DNA of 64,000 nt from the IMG/VR virus record IMGVR_UViG_3300031857_022279. The stretch is one strand, 5' to 3'. Positions 9,556-20,197 of the stretch are shown here, one piece after another. This stretch comes from a virus. Both the position numbers and the translations under genes were made by a program. Positions within the stretch are counted from its first letter, which is position 1. Each line of letters begins with the position of its first letter. The notes below the pieces were generated by a model. It made no database searches and had not been told where the DNA came from. It saw nothing but the letters and a program-made list of their open reading frames with translations.

Positions 9556-12500
9556 TTATTCAAGTGTTTCGAAATTTAAAAAATCAAAATCAAGACCTTT
9601 ATTCTGATCTATCAATTTCTGAACTTCGTCTCTATCTAAATCTCTTCTGATTGTACCATCTGGAAGTTTCACTTCATAAATAAAATCATATGAGTCACCA
9701 GTTGGTGCATTAGCTCCTCCAGTGCCTTTTAGTAGATCCTCGGTTGTTGCTGTAGGACTCACTACACTTAGATTACTATCTGAATACAAACCATTTAGTA
9801 GATCTCTTAGATCTTTTGGTTCAACATTTTCAGGTATTTTGTTACATAGTTTAATAAGTGGTGGAGGAATAACTGCGGTTATTCCCAAAATAGACCAAAT
9901 CAACATTATAAATGAATTTATGATTCTTTCAATTAAACAAAGTATTACTGTAAATAGTCTAAATGGTTTAAGACATAGATCTCTATATTGTTTGGCCGTA
10001 TATACTGGTAACTTTACCCAGAATGACACACTCAAAAACTCGTTCAAATCAGCAATTACATAATCATCTGGTATTAGATACTCAGAAGTAAATGGACCGG
10101 TACCTCTTATAGGGTTTTTAACATTTACTGCTATACACCACTCTATTATTTTTTCTGGGTTAAATTTGATGCCCGCAATTTCAAGAAGACCTTTCGGTGT
10201 AAAGAATGTCATGATCCATTTAAAAGATAAAAATTCAGCAATTAATGCCGGGAACTTGACTGGATTTACCAATTTTTTGAAGAAATCCATTATCCACTGA
10301 ATTATACTAAATATTACTTTTAATGGAAAAGTAACTAAGCCTAGAATTAATTTTAAAAGTGGCTGAGAAAGTAAGTTGAATTGATTTTTAAGTGCCTTTA
10401 TTTTATCAAGTAGTGATTTCTTTAGAGCACTATTATCATTTTCATCTAGTGAATTATAAGCCTCTTGATATTTTTCTATAGCAAGTTGATAGTTGTCAAG
10501 TGGATTTCTTGCATTTTCATTGAAATCTATTTCAGATCCTTGATTTATAAGTTCATCACCTTCTCTAATTAACTTATCGACTGATTGATTAATGTAGATG
10601 TATTCATAATCTATACCTTCTATTTTTCTACCAGTAGAATAAGTAATGCTTACTTCTTCATAATATTCTCTTTTTCCATTTTTAGAGACTACTTTATTTT
10701 TGGTAACCTCATCTGGTTTTGTGATATCTAAATACCTCAAAACTTTTTCATCAATTTCAGCTTGATTTTTACCATCTGTTATCTCTTTATCTTGACCTTC
10801 GAGTCCATTTTTGATATTATCTGGATTGTTTTTATCTTGTTGAAATTGTTTGAGTAGAGAATCTAAGTTTCCAGATGGTAAATTTGATGAGAAAATAGGC
10901 CTTATTGGAACACCACCATTGAACGCTTTAGATATATTTAATTCTAGTCCGAATAAAAGACTGAAAAATCCAATCAGACCGGGTCCATCTATTAAGAACT
11001 TAAATTCAGCTTCTCTATTAACATGAATATAATTTGCTAATTTTGTTCTTTTAACATATTTTTTCATTTCATCAACAAGATCTCTCTTTTCTTTCTGAAG
11101 ATCAGTGAAACTTTGATTCGCTTCTTTTTCACCTTTTCTTATCTTGTCTTTTATTTTGTCAACTCTTTGTTTAAAATTAACAATATCGGTCATTATCTTC
11201 GTGACATCTGGATTAAAAATCAGAAGCTTATCTTCAAGTTTTGATTTAATTATTTCAGTAACAAAAGAAGCCGGATTTTTAATCAACTTAATTAACTTAG
11301 TAATAGCTGGAAATAATTTTGCGCCTAAATCTACTATTAATTCAATCATTATTTTTGCAATTCCTAGAGCATCTCTTATTTTATAATATCCGCCTCCGCC
11401 GCCACCTGAACCGCCACCACTACCTTTTGAACCAGCACCTCCAACTCCACCAGTATCAGGACCAGTTTCTATATTTTTATTTTTTCTTATGCCTTCAATT
11501 ATATAATAGACATCAACATCAAGCTCTGTGACCTGTTGTCTTCTTAAATACCCGAAACTCTGTGGATTGTCAGGTTCAACTATTTGAACTCCATTATCAT
11601 CTAAAACCGGAGCACCGTTTGGTTGAGTACAAGGACCACCTTGATAACCACTACCATATCTACCCGAGGACATAGAAACATTAGCAAGTCCTAATTCTTT
11701 TAATCTTTCATTCAATATATTTTGACCACCGTAATCATCAACTAACACAGTTTTATATTTTCTGTCACCATCAAATACTGAAATTTGAAATTTAGTTAAA
11801 TCAACAGTTGTCAAATTTATACCGTAATTGCTAGTCGAAGTACTATCATCGATTCTGTTTATCTCTGAACTTGATAAATTGCCCGTTCTTATTTCAATTA
11901 TGTTAGATTTGAAAAGTGGTGGTAATAATTTTGTATTAAATTGACTATACTGTCCAGTTCCAACAGTTGTGTTTCCACCTAGATTTTCGTTAAAGAAAAC
12001 AATTTTATCAATAAGACCCGAAACCAGTCTTAGTTTCCACTTAATACCACCACCAATATCAAATGTCTCATACGGTCCCTCTTCTTCATTAGTTTGTGTT
12101 GATGGTCTAACACCTCTTGTGTAAGTTTTAATCTGAGTTTTTGCCTGTTCAAATTTTGCAACTGCCTCATCAAGTATAGATATAAATTCAGGTGTATATA
12201 CCGAGTAGCTAGCTGGTACGAATAAGGTTGAAAAATCAATAGTGTTGATAAGTTCGAGAGATTCTCTCAATAAATTTGGTTCAGAAGCGTATTGAGTGTA
12301 ATAATAATAATCCACTTCTTGATATTGTATATCATTATTAGCGATCTCTTCAAGTTTAAACGCCAAATCATAATCGTACTCTACTTTAGATGGGTAATCG
12401 TATGTAATTGATGTATCATCTGCGTATCTAAGAAAAATAATTGATCTAAGTTTTACACCGGTGTTATTTAATTCATCATTTGTAAATAACTTTTCTCTCA

Positions 12501-14658
12501 AATCTGGATAATCATATATTTCTTGAAGTAAAGATCTTGTGCTCCAGTTTTTACCAGGGTATTGTGTCTCTTCGTTATAAAAGTTAGTATCTACAAAATA
12601 TTCCTCACGGTCTCTGTACTCTTTATTAATAACACTTCTCAAAGAAGGTGGTACAGATGTTTTGTCAAAATATAACTTTAAGTTAAAATCTTCTGTAGAG
12701 TTGGTTTTCTCACCAGTCAAGTTGTCTATTTTTACTTGCCAGTTGTTAAGTTCATAAGATTCGATGTTACTTAATTCCTCAACTACATCTCCTCTTGTTA
12801 TTGTCATCGAAAAATTAGTTCTGACAAACTCACTATTTTGACTTGCCTTCTCAAAGACCAATATTTGCAATTTACTTTTTATAAACTCTTTGATTTCTGA
12901 ATTTCTCTTTATAATTTCGTTTGCTCTTGTCTCTCCAGTGCTAGCATCAACTACTTGCTCTGTTCTTTTATAATCGAGCTGTAAAACTGGATCAACTTTA
13001 ATTATTTTTAAGTCATAGTCTAACTCTGGATTTATCCAAACTACTTTTCCACTCAGATTAAACCTCATTGGTTTAAATAGTTTTTTTAGACCAAGAGGTA
13101 TAGTTTCTTCAGGTGGATTTGTGTTATAGAATTTACTCCAATCTGCTGAGTCTATATTTTTATAGTAAGCAGTTTGTAATTCTCCAAATCTAGAAAAATT
13201 TTGAATTTCTTCCACTATCTTGTCATTCGGATATTTTTCTGATAAATAACCTTCAACATCTCTTCTAATTTGAGGCCTCTCGTCGGCTGGTATTTTCTGA
13301 GCCTCTAATTGTTGCTCTGTTATGTAGTCGTAATATCCTCTGTAATCATTTACATCGGTTTGTTGTGTTACAATAATCGGATCGTCTTTTTTAAATTTTA
13401 ATACTTGATTTTCTTCTTTATCAAAGTCAATTACATCTCCATATGTTTTTTGTGTCCATCCACCACCTTCTGGCTGATTTGTACTTATAACATCGCTGTT
13501 TGACCATTTTTTCCAAATGTAAACATTCGTTGTGGGTGACTTCCAACCATACGTATTAGGGTAATCTATCGCCTTTCCGAAGAGCCATTTTTCATTTTTA
13601 ATCCAAGGAGCTTTTTCAAAAATTGAGTCTTTCAACTCAAGATTCAATCCATTTGGCGATAAACCCCAATATTTTATCTTATCATTTGGGTTTATCTCAA
13701 CACCATTTTTATTATAAATTCCTAATATTATTCTATCCGGTAAATTTTGTAAGCTTTGTTCTTCTTCATCAACAACTGGTGTTGTGACCTCATCTGGGTC
13801 TAAATCACTAGGCAGATCGATATACTGATAATTATAGTTTACTTCTGGTATGAATCTACCAGTAGAATAAATTGTAGAGATAGTAGCGTATACGAAATTT
13901 GGTAGATCACTACCATTTGTATTTCCACTAGCATCACCCGAAGTTTGACTTTGAGTCTTAGGATTAGGTACTTTAGTATATACTCCATTTTTGTCTATAC
14001 TTACACCATTTCCTCTATTCATTTCAGTAGACATTTTATCAAGTCTTCCTAGTAAATCTTTACCATTTTGATAACCAAGTGCTTGTGGTGTACCGTAAGG
14101 TGTCAGTAGTCTAGTAGCTGGTCCATTTCCTTTTGGTTTTCTAGATTTGAAAACAGGGGCAAGTATTGGTTGAGTTGCCGCTCCTACAAGTGGCATTATT
14201 CTTGCTATGATATCTTCAATTTTTGCTATATTTTTTATAACAAACTGAGCTATCTCAAAATAAGGCTTTTGTGTCTCAAACATAGAAGAAAAGATTGCCT
14301 TTTCTATTGCAAAAAAACCAAGTGCATCATTATACATACCTGTTTTCTCTGCCTCACTACCATAGTTTTTTTCAAATTGTTCTCTAACTTTTGGATCTTT
14401 TATTTTCGCCAAATTCTGAGCCTTTGTGATATTGACCATAGCTGCTGCAATTCCTATCTCAGCCTTTGCGAACTTTTTTATGTATTCAATGTCTGGTATA
14501 AGCACCGCAGTCACAGAATTTGGATATCCATTCTTTTTAGCTATTGGTCCAATAGTCGGTATGTCGTATAGTCTTGGACCAGGAATACCCAGTGAAACAT
14601 TGTATTTGAGAAAACTGGGTGACGGATAAATTGGAAAAATCGGTAAAACCTGAGGCAT
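9556..14658 (-). CDS. 1700-aa protein, probably virion/baseplate-associated
   Basis: Long uninterrupted ORF near baseplate genes; internally repeated YSTG....Y.Y.YI segment; Gly-rich linker; hydrophobic helical termini. Function inferred from context only. Confidence 0.6.
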   Translation of the reverse strand: MPQVLPIFPIYPSPSFLKYNVSLGIPGPRLYDIPTIGPIAKKNGYPNSVTAVLIPDIEYIKKFAKAEIGIAAAMVNITKAQNLAKIKDPKVREQFEKNYGSEAEKTGMYNDALGFFAIEKAIFSSMFETQKPYFEIAQFVIKNIAKIEDIIARIMPLVGAATQPILAPVFKSRKPKGNGPATRLLTPYGTPQALGYQNGKDLLGRLDKMSTEMNRGNGVSIDKNGVYTKVPNPKTQSQTSGDASGNTNGSDLPNFVYATISTIYSTGRFIPEVNYNYQYIDLPSDLDPDEVTTPVVDEEEQSLQNLPDRIILGIYNKNGVEINPNDKIKYWGLSPNGLNLELKDSIFEKAPWIKNEKWLFGKAIDYPNTYGWKSPTTNVYIWKKWSNSDVISTNQPEGGGWTQKTYGDVIDFDKEENQVLKFKKDDPIIVTQQTDVNDYRGYYDYITEQQLEAQKIPADERPQIRRDVEGYLSEKYPNDKIVEEIQNFSRFGELQTAYYKNIDSADWSKFYNTNPPEETIPLGLKKLFKPMRFNLSGKVVWINPELDYDLKIIKVDPVLQLDYKRTEQVVDASTGETRANEIIKRNSEIKEFIKSKLQILVFEKASQNSEFVRTNFSMTITRGDVVEELSNIESYELNNWQVKIDNLTGEKTNSTEDFNLKLYFDKTSVPPSLRSVINKEYRDREEYFVDTNFYNEETQYPGKNWSTRSLLQEIYDYPDLREKLFTNDELNNTGVKLRSIIFLRYADDTSITYDYPSKVEYDYDLAFKLEEIANNDIQYQEVDYYYYTQYASEPNLLRESLELINTIDFSTLFVPASYSVYTPEFISILDEAVAKFEQAKTQIKTYTRGVRPSTQTNEEEGPYETFDIGGGIKWKLRLVSGLIDKIVFFNENLGGNTTVGTGQYSQFNTKLLPPLFKSNIIEIRTGNLSSSEINRIDDSTSTSNYGINLTTVDLTKFQISVFDGDRKYKTVLVDDYGGQNILNERLKELGLANVSMSSGRYGSGYQGGPCTQPNGAPVLDDNGVQIVEPDNPQSFGYLRRQQVTELDVDVYYIIEGIRKNKNIETGPDTGGVGGAGSKGSGGGSGGGGGGYYKIRDALGIAKIMIELIVDLGAKLFPAITKLIKLIKNPASFVTEIIKSKLEDKLLIFNPDVTKIMTDIVNFKQRVDKIKDKIRKGEKEANQSFTDLQKEKRDLVDEMKKYVKRTKLANYIHVNREAEFKFLIDGPGLIGFFSLLFGLELNISKAFNGGVPIRPIFSSNLPSGNLDSLLKQFQQDKNNPDNIKNGLEGQDKEITDGKNQAEIDEKVLRYLDITKPDEVTKNKVVSKNGKREYYEEVSITYSTGRKIEGIDYEYIYINQSVDKLIREGDELINQGSEIDFNENARNPLDNYQLAIEKYQEAYNSLDENDNSALKKSLLDKIKALKNQFNLLSQPLLKLILGLVTFPLKVIFSIIQWIMDFFKKLVNPVKFPALIAEFLSFKWIMTFFTPKGLLEIAGIKFNPEKIIEWCIAVNVKNPIRGTGPFTSEYLIPDDYVIADLNEFLSVSFWVKLPVYTAKQYRDLCLKPFRLFTVILCLIERIINSFIMLIWSILGITAVIPPPLIKLCNKIPENVEPKDLRDLLNGLYSDSNLSVVSPTATTEDLLKGTGGANAPTGDSYDFIYEVKLPDGTIRRDLDRDEVQKLIDQNKGLDFDFLNFETLE

Positions 14659-14706
14659 ACTAAACTAAGTTAAATTTGATTTATATATAAAAAACTTAGT
14701 TTTTTC

Positions 14707-16086
14707 TCAAATTTCCTCGTCTATCTTTGAAACTAAATAATTAAAGTTTGCCGGTAGATCAAATTTGTACTTAGCATTTAACTTACCTGAGAATTCTCCT
14801 CCTGAAAAACCAATGATAACGTCTAAGTCAGCAAGATGATCTTCGTCAAAAAATATTTTTACTTTGAATTTAAACATATTATTCTCTTCATCTTCTGACA
14901 CTTGAAACTTAACATGATAATCAAATTGAACATCTAATCTATCATAATTTTTTCTAAAAAAATCTCTATTTGGAACTTGTATGAAATTCTCGCCTTTGCT
15001 AGATAAATAATAAATTGGTCTTTCTAAACAACCCATTTTACTAACAAATGCTTTCACTAATTTCATTTTTACAGTGCCTTCTGCTCTTTTTAAACCGCTT
15101 TCTAATTTTGTAATCTCATCTGATTTGTCTTTTTTAAGTGATGTTGTAAAGAGATGTTCTAAAATTCTAGAGTTTAATACCGTGATTTTGACTTCGTACC
15201 ACTCTTTTTCAACTCTTTCTAGATCCATGAAATATTCTTTTCTATTTTTCCAAATATCATTCATAAGATCTGAAAATTTAAGAATATTTTTTTCAAATTC
15301 TTTAATATACTCACCAAGGTATTTAAATCTAGGATCTCTGTGTCTAATATCGAAATATTCAAAGTATCCAATTGAATCTATTCTTTTAGTATCAATGAAC
15401 TTTTCGATATGAGCTTGTATATTTTTATTTGAGTTTTCATAAATTATTTTTACCCATTCTTGAGTTAGTTTATCCCATTTTCCAATATTATCTTCTTTGA
15501 AAAGATTATCTAAGTCTTCTCCGATCAGGTCTTCAGCAAACGAGTTAAAACTTGCAGATTTTTGTAGAGTAAGATTTTTATTTAAATAGAAAGAATATTG
15601 ATCTCCAATTTTAGTTTCAATAACTATATCTTCTCCGTTCTCTTCATCTTTATTTGGACCAATCCAATAAATTTTAGAAATCATTTCTGACTCTAGTTTT
15701 TTCTCAGGTAATAGTTTATCAATAATGTTTCTGGCTAAATTTCTTGATGATATTAATTGATCCCAATCTTTATCTATATTAAATTCAACTTCATCAAATA
15801 GTCCATTTATTTTTGATACCTCATCATCACTAACACACTTACTGTCTACAAATTTTCCAAGATCAAGTCTGTTTTTTGATAAAAGTAGGTTTTTCAAATC
15901 TGTCAAAAATACTTGGGAGTTTTCTGAGTATCTCGCTTTCAAACCTCTATCTAAAATATTATCTAAAAACTCGTTATTGAGAAGTGTCATAGAAGTACAT
16001 ATTTCTATTATGAGGTTTTTTGGTGTGTAATATGTTTTATTATTCTGTTTCGACTCGAATAAAAATTGACTTTTTATGAATTTCAT
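14707..16086 (-). CDS. Hypothetical protein (N-terminal MKFIKSQFLFES motif)
   Basis: 459-aa ORF; no confident family. Confidence 0.75.
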   Translation of the reverse strand: MKFIKSQFLFESKQNNKTYYTPKNLIIEICTSMTLLNNEFLDNILDRGLKARYSENSQVFLTDLKNLLLSKNRLDLGKFVDSKCVSDDEVSKINGLFDEVEFNIDKDWDQLISSRNLARNIIDKLLPEKKLESEMISKIYWIGPNKDEENGEDIVIETKIGDQYSFYLNKNLTLQKSASFNSFAEDLIGEDLDNLFKEDNIGKWDKLTQEWVKIIYENSNKNIQAHIEKFIDTKRIDSIGYFEYFDIRHRDPRFKYLGEYIKEFEKNILKFSDLMNDIWKNRKEYFMDLERVEKEWYEVKITVLNSRILEHLFTTSLKKDKSDEITKLESGLKRAEGTVKMKLVKAFVSKMGCLERPIYYLSSKGENFIQVPNRDFFRKNYDRLDVQFDYHVKFQVSEDEENNMFKFKVKIFFDEDHLADLDVIIGFSGGEFSGKLNAKYKFDLPANFNYLVSKIDEEI

Positions 16087-16155
16087 ATTTTTGACGTAAT
16101 CTTTTGTTTATATATTAATTTGATAGAGATTAATTAAATAAAAATATATATCAAC

Positions 16156-18069
16156 ATGGCAGATAGTTTAAGTAATTTCATCGATCGTGCAGGTGGTGCA
16201 TCTTCTGGAGCAATACAGGGTAAAGTAAACGACCTACTTGGTTTAGCAAAATCAAAAATACCAGGGGCTGATAAACATTCAGGAAACCAAGTTGGACCAG
16301 GTGAAGGTGGCACACAAATACAAAGAACTAATTTCTATACACCATCGACTAATCCTAATGAAAATGGACCCGGTCAGATAAGTCCTATCGGACCTGGATT
16401 AAAAGATGAAAAAGGAGCCGGATATCCTTGGGGATTCACTCCTATTACCTATTACAGAACTACTAAAGATGGTGTGGCTATTGAAGACCCAAGAGGTGTT
16501 GAAAAAATATCTGGTGTGAACCTTGAACCTGGTTCAAATGTAAAAAATGGTGTTCTTAATCCAAGCACACAGTACTCAAAAACGGAAAAAGCTCGTGAAA
16601 ACTTATCCAAGTTTGATGATGGACAGACATTAGATTTTAAATATGGACTAAGTGATTTTGAATACTCATCAAACTGGCCTGGCGACTCACTTCCAGATCA
16701 AGCTAACTTAATACAAGCAAATAATCCTGATGTCTATTTTGATGGTAGTAATCAAAAGAAAAGATCCTGGCAGCCTGGTCATCAAAATCCAGTTCAACCA
16801 GCAGAAGGAACTCCATTTGAAAACGAGGATCCAGTTTACTATGGATTTGAGATGGAAATAGACTCTTTGAATTCACCTTTAATAAATGGACTTGCTAAAA
16901 CATTTCTACAAATTTATGGTTCAAATTATGAGGCACTTGGTTCTAGAATAGAAATATTAGATTCATTTGTCTATGAACTATCTCGTTTCTTTACTTTTAA
17001 TTCTGATATGCCTTTGGAGGGATTAGAAAGTATATTCTCAACAAGAATTCCAAAGAAGCACTATTTGAAAAAAATTGAAGGATTAGACAAACTCATAGAG
17101 GCGAATCCTGTCTCTGGACAAAATGCCTTTGTGAAATATAAAACCGATACAATAAAGCTATCTTTCTACGAAGATACCAATTTAAGTACAGGTACTCTTG
17201 CCTCACTTTATAAACTTCTATATTGGGACAGATTAAATGGAAAAAATATTATACCTGAGAATCTATTAAGATTTGATTGTAGAATAGTTATATCAGAGGC
17301 AAGAAACATAGCTAGAATACGAAGAGCTTTAGGTTCACCTGAACCAAACCTACAAGTTGTTAGAGAAAATGTCTCAAGATACGTTTATAATCTTTATGAA
17401 TGTCAGTTCAATTTTCCAAAATTAACTCACCCTTCAAGTATCGATTTAGGTCAAACACCAGCATATTCTGGAGAATGGGATATTGAAATGTCATTTAAGT
17501 TCTCTGGTATGAAGTTCGAGAGATTTGTTTTTGAAGACGGACGAGCACAAAAAGGAGCATATAAATCACTTAACAATCTATCTAGAGATCCAATGGCAAT
17601 TTCGTCAATTGATGCAACAGAAGCCGATATAAGCGGTGGTGGAATATTGCCAAAAATATCAGATACAACATTTATAATATTAGAAGATATTATTGATGGT
17701 TATAATAATTTTGACTCACCAGATCTAGCGCCCGTAACAGGTCCAAATACACCTATAGACACACTAGGTGAAGCTAAAGATAATGACTTAAAAAGTAGGT
17801 TTAAAGACGCGGTTAAAGTAGCTGGAAAGAATTTATTATCAAATCTGAAGACAGCCGCTCTGAGTGAAGCTCAAAGACAAATAAATAATAAGTTTAGACT
17901 ACTCAATAATACGATAGATAATGTTCGTAACAAATTTGGAGTTGGTCGAATGAGCCCACCAACTAATGTATATGAAGGAGCACAACCAGGTACATTCTTC
18001 TTTGATGTTAAAAATTCTCTAAGGCAGTTTGCGGGTGAGACTCTCACTGGTACGATATTCGGTCAATAA
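16156..18069 (+). CDS. Putative tail-tube-fold / baseplate protein
   Basis: Immediately upstream of the gp5-like gene; IKLSFYED...LYKLLYWD...PENLLRFDCRI...YNLYECQF pattern resembles tube-fold proteins; low-complexity G/P N-terminus. Confidence 0.45.
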   Translation: MADSLSNFIDRAGGASSGAIQGKVNDLLGLAKSKIPGADKHSGNQVGPGEGGTQIQRTNFYTPSTNPNENGPGQISPIGPGLKDEKGAGYPWGFTPITYYRTTKDGVAIEDPRGVEKISGVNLEPGSNVKNGVLNPSTQYSKTEKARENLSKFDDGQTLDFKYGLSDFEYSSNWPGDSLPDQANLIQANNPDVYFDGSNQKKRSWQPGHQNPVQPAEGTPFENEDPVYYGFEMEIDSLNSPLINGLAKTFLQIYGSNYEALGSRIEILDSFVYELSRFFTFNSDMPLEGLESIFSTRIPKKHYLKKIEGLDKLIEANPVSGQNAFVKYKTDTIKLSFYEDTNLSTGTLASLYKLLYWDRLNGKNIIPENLLRFDCRIVISEARNIARIRRALGSPEPNLQVVRENVSRYVYNLYECQFNFPKLTHPSSIDLGQTPAYSGEWDIEMSFKFSGMKFERFVFEDGRAQKGAYKSLNNLSRDPMAISSIDATEADISGGGILPKISDTTFIILEDIIDGYNNFDSPDLAPVTGPNTPIDTLGEAKDNDLKSRFKDAVKVAGKNLLSNLKTAALSEAQRQINNKFRLLNNTIDNVRNKFGVGRMSPPTNVYEGAQPGTFFFDVKNSLRQFAGETLTGTIFGQ

Positions 18070-18106
18070 TTTCTGGGAATTAAGTTTTAACAATATATAT
18101 GTTAAG

Positions 18107-20197
18107 ATGTTCGTTGATAAAAGTCGCACCTATATTGGTATAGTTGAAAATAATGAGGACCCAAAAAAACTTGGAAGATGCCGAGTTAGAGTCATTGATA
18201 TCTTTGATGATATTCCAGTCGATGACATACCTTGGGCATCACCATGGAAAGACCTAAATGGAAATGCCTTTAACCTACCAGAAAAAGGAAAAGTTGTAAC
18301 TGTAATTTTTGACTCTGGTAACATCTATAAACCAGAATATATCTACGCGGATCACTTCAATGTAAATTTAGAAAAAAAACTATCAACACTTTCTGGCACT
18401 AACTATACTTCGATGAAGGCTTTGATATTCGATCACAAAACACAAATTTATGTAAATGATGAAGAGGGTCTCAAATTAGACCATAAATTTAATATGTTGA
18501 ATATTACTAAAGACTCAATAGATATAAATTTAAAAGATAACTTCGCTAAGGTAAATATTGGTTCGGCAATTTCTAATCAACAGGCAATTTTAGGAAATCA
18601 TTTTTTAGATTGGTTTGATGAGTTTATTCAAAATTTACTTGGAGCAAATGGTGGTCCATTTCTAGGAAATCTAGGAGCTCCAGTAGTTGCTAATCCTGAG
18701 TTTATCGATGTATGTCAAAAATATATTGCACTCAAAGTTCCAAAGTTTTTGTCTCATCACGTTAATATAGTAGATAATGAGTATGTGGAGAAACTAGATA
18801 GAGTAAATGATCCAAAACTAGGTGACAACTATAAGTCGACCTCAAAAAATACAACTATGGGTCAAGCTGAGAAAGTGGATTATACTCCGGTTGAAGGTAA
18901 TTCATCTGATACACCTGCTGATATTCAAACACCAAATAGTAGTGGTGATGGTGGTAGTGGTACATCAGATGCTGGTTCTAAAGATCCAGGACCTATCGAG
19001 CCAACTGGTAATCTTGATGTAGACAGAATTATCGAAACTATGCAAAAACTTGGATATACAGTTTTTGAAAGACCATATGAGTGTAATATAGTAGGTATAA
19101 GAATGAGAACAGAAGGAATGAAATATTCTAACGCACATGAAGATCAATTATGGCTTTTCTATAAAGACGAGTCTTATAAATGGCAGGTATATTGGTATAA
19201 GATCAGTACTATGCCTGGTTACTTCAAAGCCAAAGAAGCGTTAGTTTGGAGTGATAAAAAACTGGTGAAGAAATTGAAAACACCTAATTATGCACTTAAA
19301 AAAGGTGAATCTTGGACGGGTAATACCCCAAACGGAGAATCTATAGATTGTAAAGCTACCTCGATATATCAAGGAAGAGGAGGTATGGGAATATTACGGG
19401 AAGCTCAATATTTGAATGTGTACTCTATTGGTGTGCACTCAGGAGCAACAGCCATGGTGACTAAAGGTCGAAAACAAAAAGCTTATAGAGATAAAGAGAC
19501 AGGAGACACAATAAAATACACAAAAGACTGGGATTCGAATAAAGCATATGACGCAGGTATGTACATTCACAAAGGCTACCCAGGTGGTGTAAGTAATTGG
19601 TCTGAAGGTTGTCAGGTTTTCGCCGATGGAAAATCTTTAAATGATTTTTTTGATAAGTGTAGACAACATGAGAAAAGGTATGGTAATAATTTCACCTATA
19701 CGCTCATAAACAAAAAAGATCTTGTATCTGAGGCAGTCGGTAATTCAGGTGGTAGTCGTCCATTTTCCGGAGCTCCATCGCAAGGTGGAGGATCGTCACA
19801 AGCAACTAATCAAGTAGCTAGTCCGGAATCTCAGGCATCTTACAATGAGTATCGTAAGATAGTTGAAGAAATAAAAATAATTTACAAACTAGCTGATAAG
19901 ACTTATACTGATAATGGTAATCCTCTGTTTGAAGACTTAAAAGGCACGTTTGGTGATGATACCACAAAGGCTAATGAGAGAATTCGTGAGTTACTTGGAT
20001 TAAAAAGTTCAGGATCATTCTGGTATAACAAGCTACCTTTAAATAAACTCATAGCTGATCACGTAGCTCTTTTCCAAAATCAATTATCTCTGCTCGCAAC
20101 ATCAACTACTAACAAAAATAACTCATTTGATTTTAATTTACCCGCTGTTCAAGTCGGAGGTCAGTCATTGAAGATTAATATTAATACAGACTTTTAA
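18107..20197 (+). CDS. Baseplate hub/central spike gp5-like protein with a YkuD/L,D-transpeptidase-like domain
   Basis: YIGIVENNEDPKKLGRCRVRV...PWASP is the gp5/VgrG OB-fold N-terminus; later GMYIHKG...NWSEGCQVF His/Cys motif. ORF track starts at 18029, but ATG 18107 follows an AATATATA motif. Confidence 0.75.
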   Translation: MFVDKSRTYIGIVENNEDPKKLGRCRVRVIDIFDDIPVDDIPWASPWKDLNGNAFNLPEKGKVVTVIFDSGNIYKPEYIYADHFNVNLEKKLSTLSGTNYTSMKALIFDHKTQIYVNDEEGLKLDHKFNMLNITKDSIDINLKDNFAKVNIGSAISNQQAILGNHFLDWFDEFIQNLLGANGGPFLGNLGAPVVANPEFIDVCQKYIALKVPKFLSHHVNIVDNEYVEKLDRVNDPKLGDNYKSTSKNTTMGQAEKVDYTPVEGNSSDTPADIQTPNSSGDGGSGTSDAGSKDPGPIEPTGNLDVDRIIETMQKLGYTVFERPYECNIVGIRMRTEGMKYSNAHEDQLWLFYKDESYKWQVYWYKISTMPGYFKAKEALVWSDKKLVKKLKTPNYALKKGESWTGNTPNGESIDCKATSIYQGRGGMGILREAQYLNVYSIGVHSGATAMVTKGRKQKAYRDKETGDTIKYTKDWDSNKAYDAGMYIHKGYPGGVSNWSEGCQVFADGKSLNDFFDKCRQHEKRYGNNFTYTLINKKDLVSEAVGNSGGSRPFSGAPSQGGGSSQATNQVASPESQASYNEYRKIVEEIKIIYKLADKTYTDNGNPLFEDLKGTFGDDTTKANERIRELLGLKSSGSFWYNKLPLNKLIADHVALFQNQLSLLATSTTNKNNSFDFNLPAVQVGGQSLKININTDF

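Noticed and set aside
14707-16086. PD-(D/E)xK nuclease assignment
   Set aside because: Only a vague EDIVIETK segment; insufficient without a profile search
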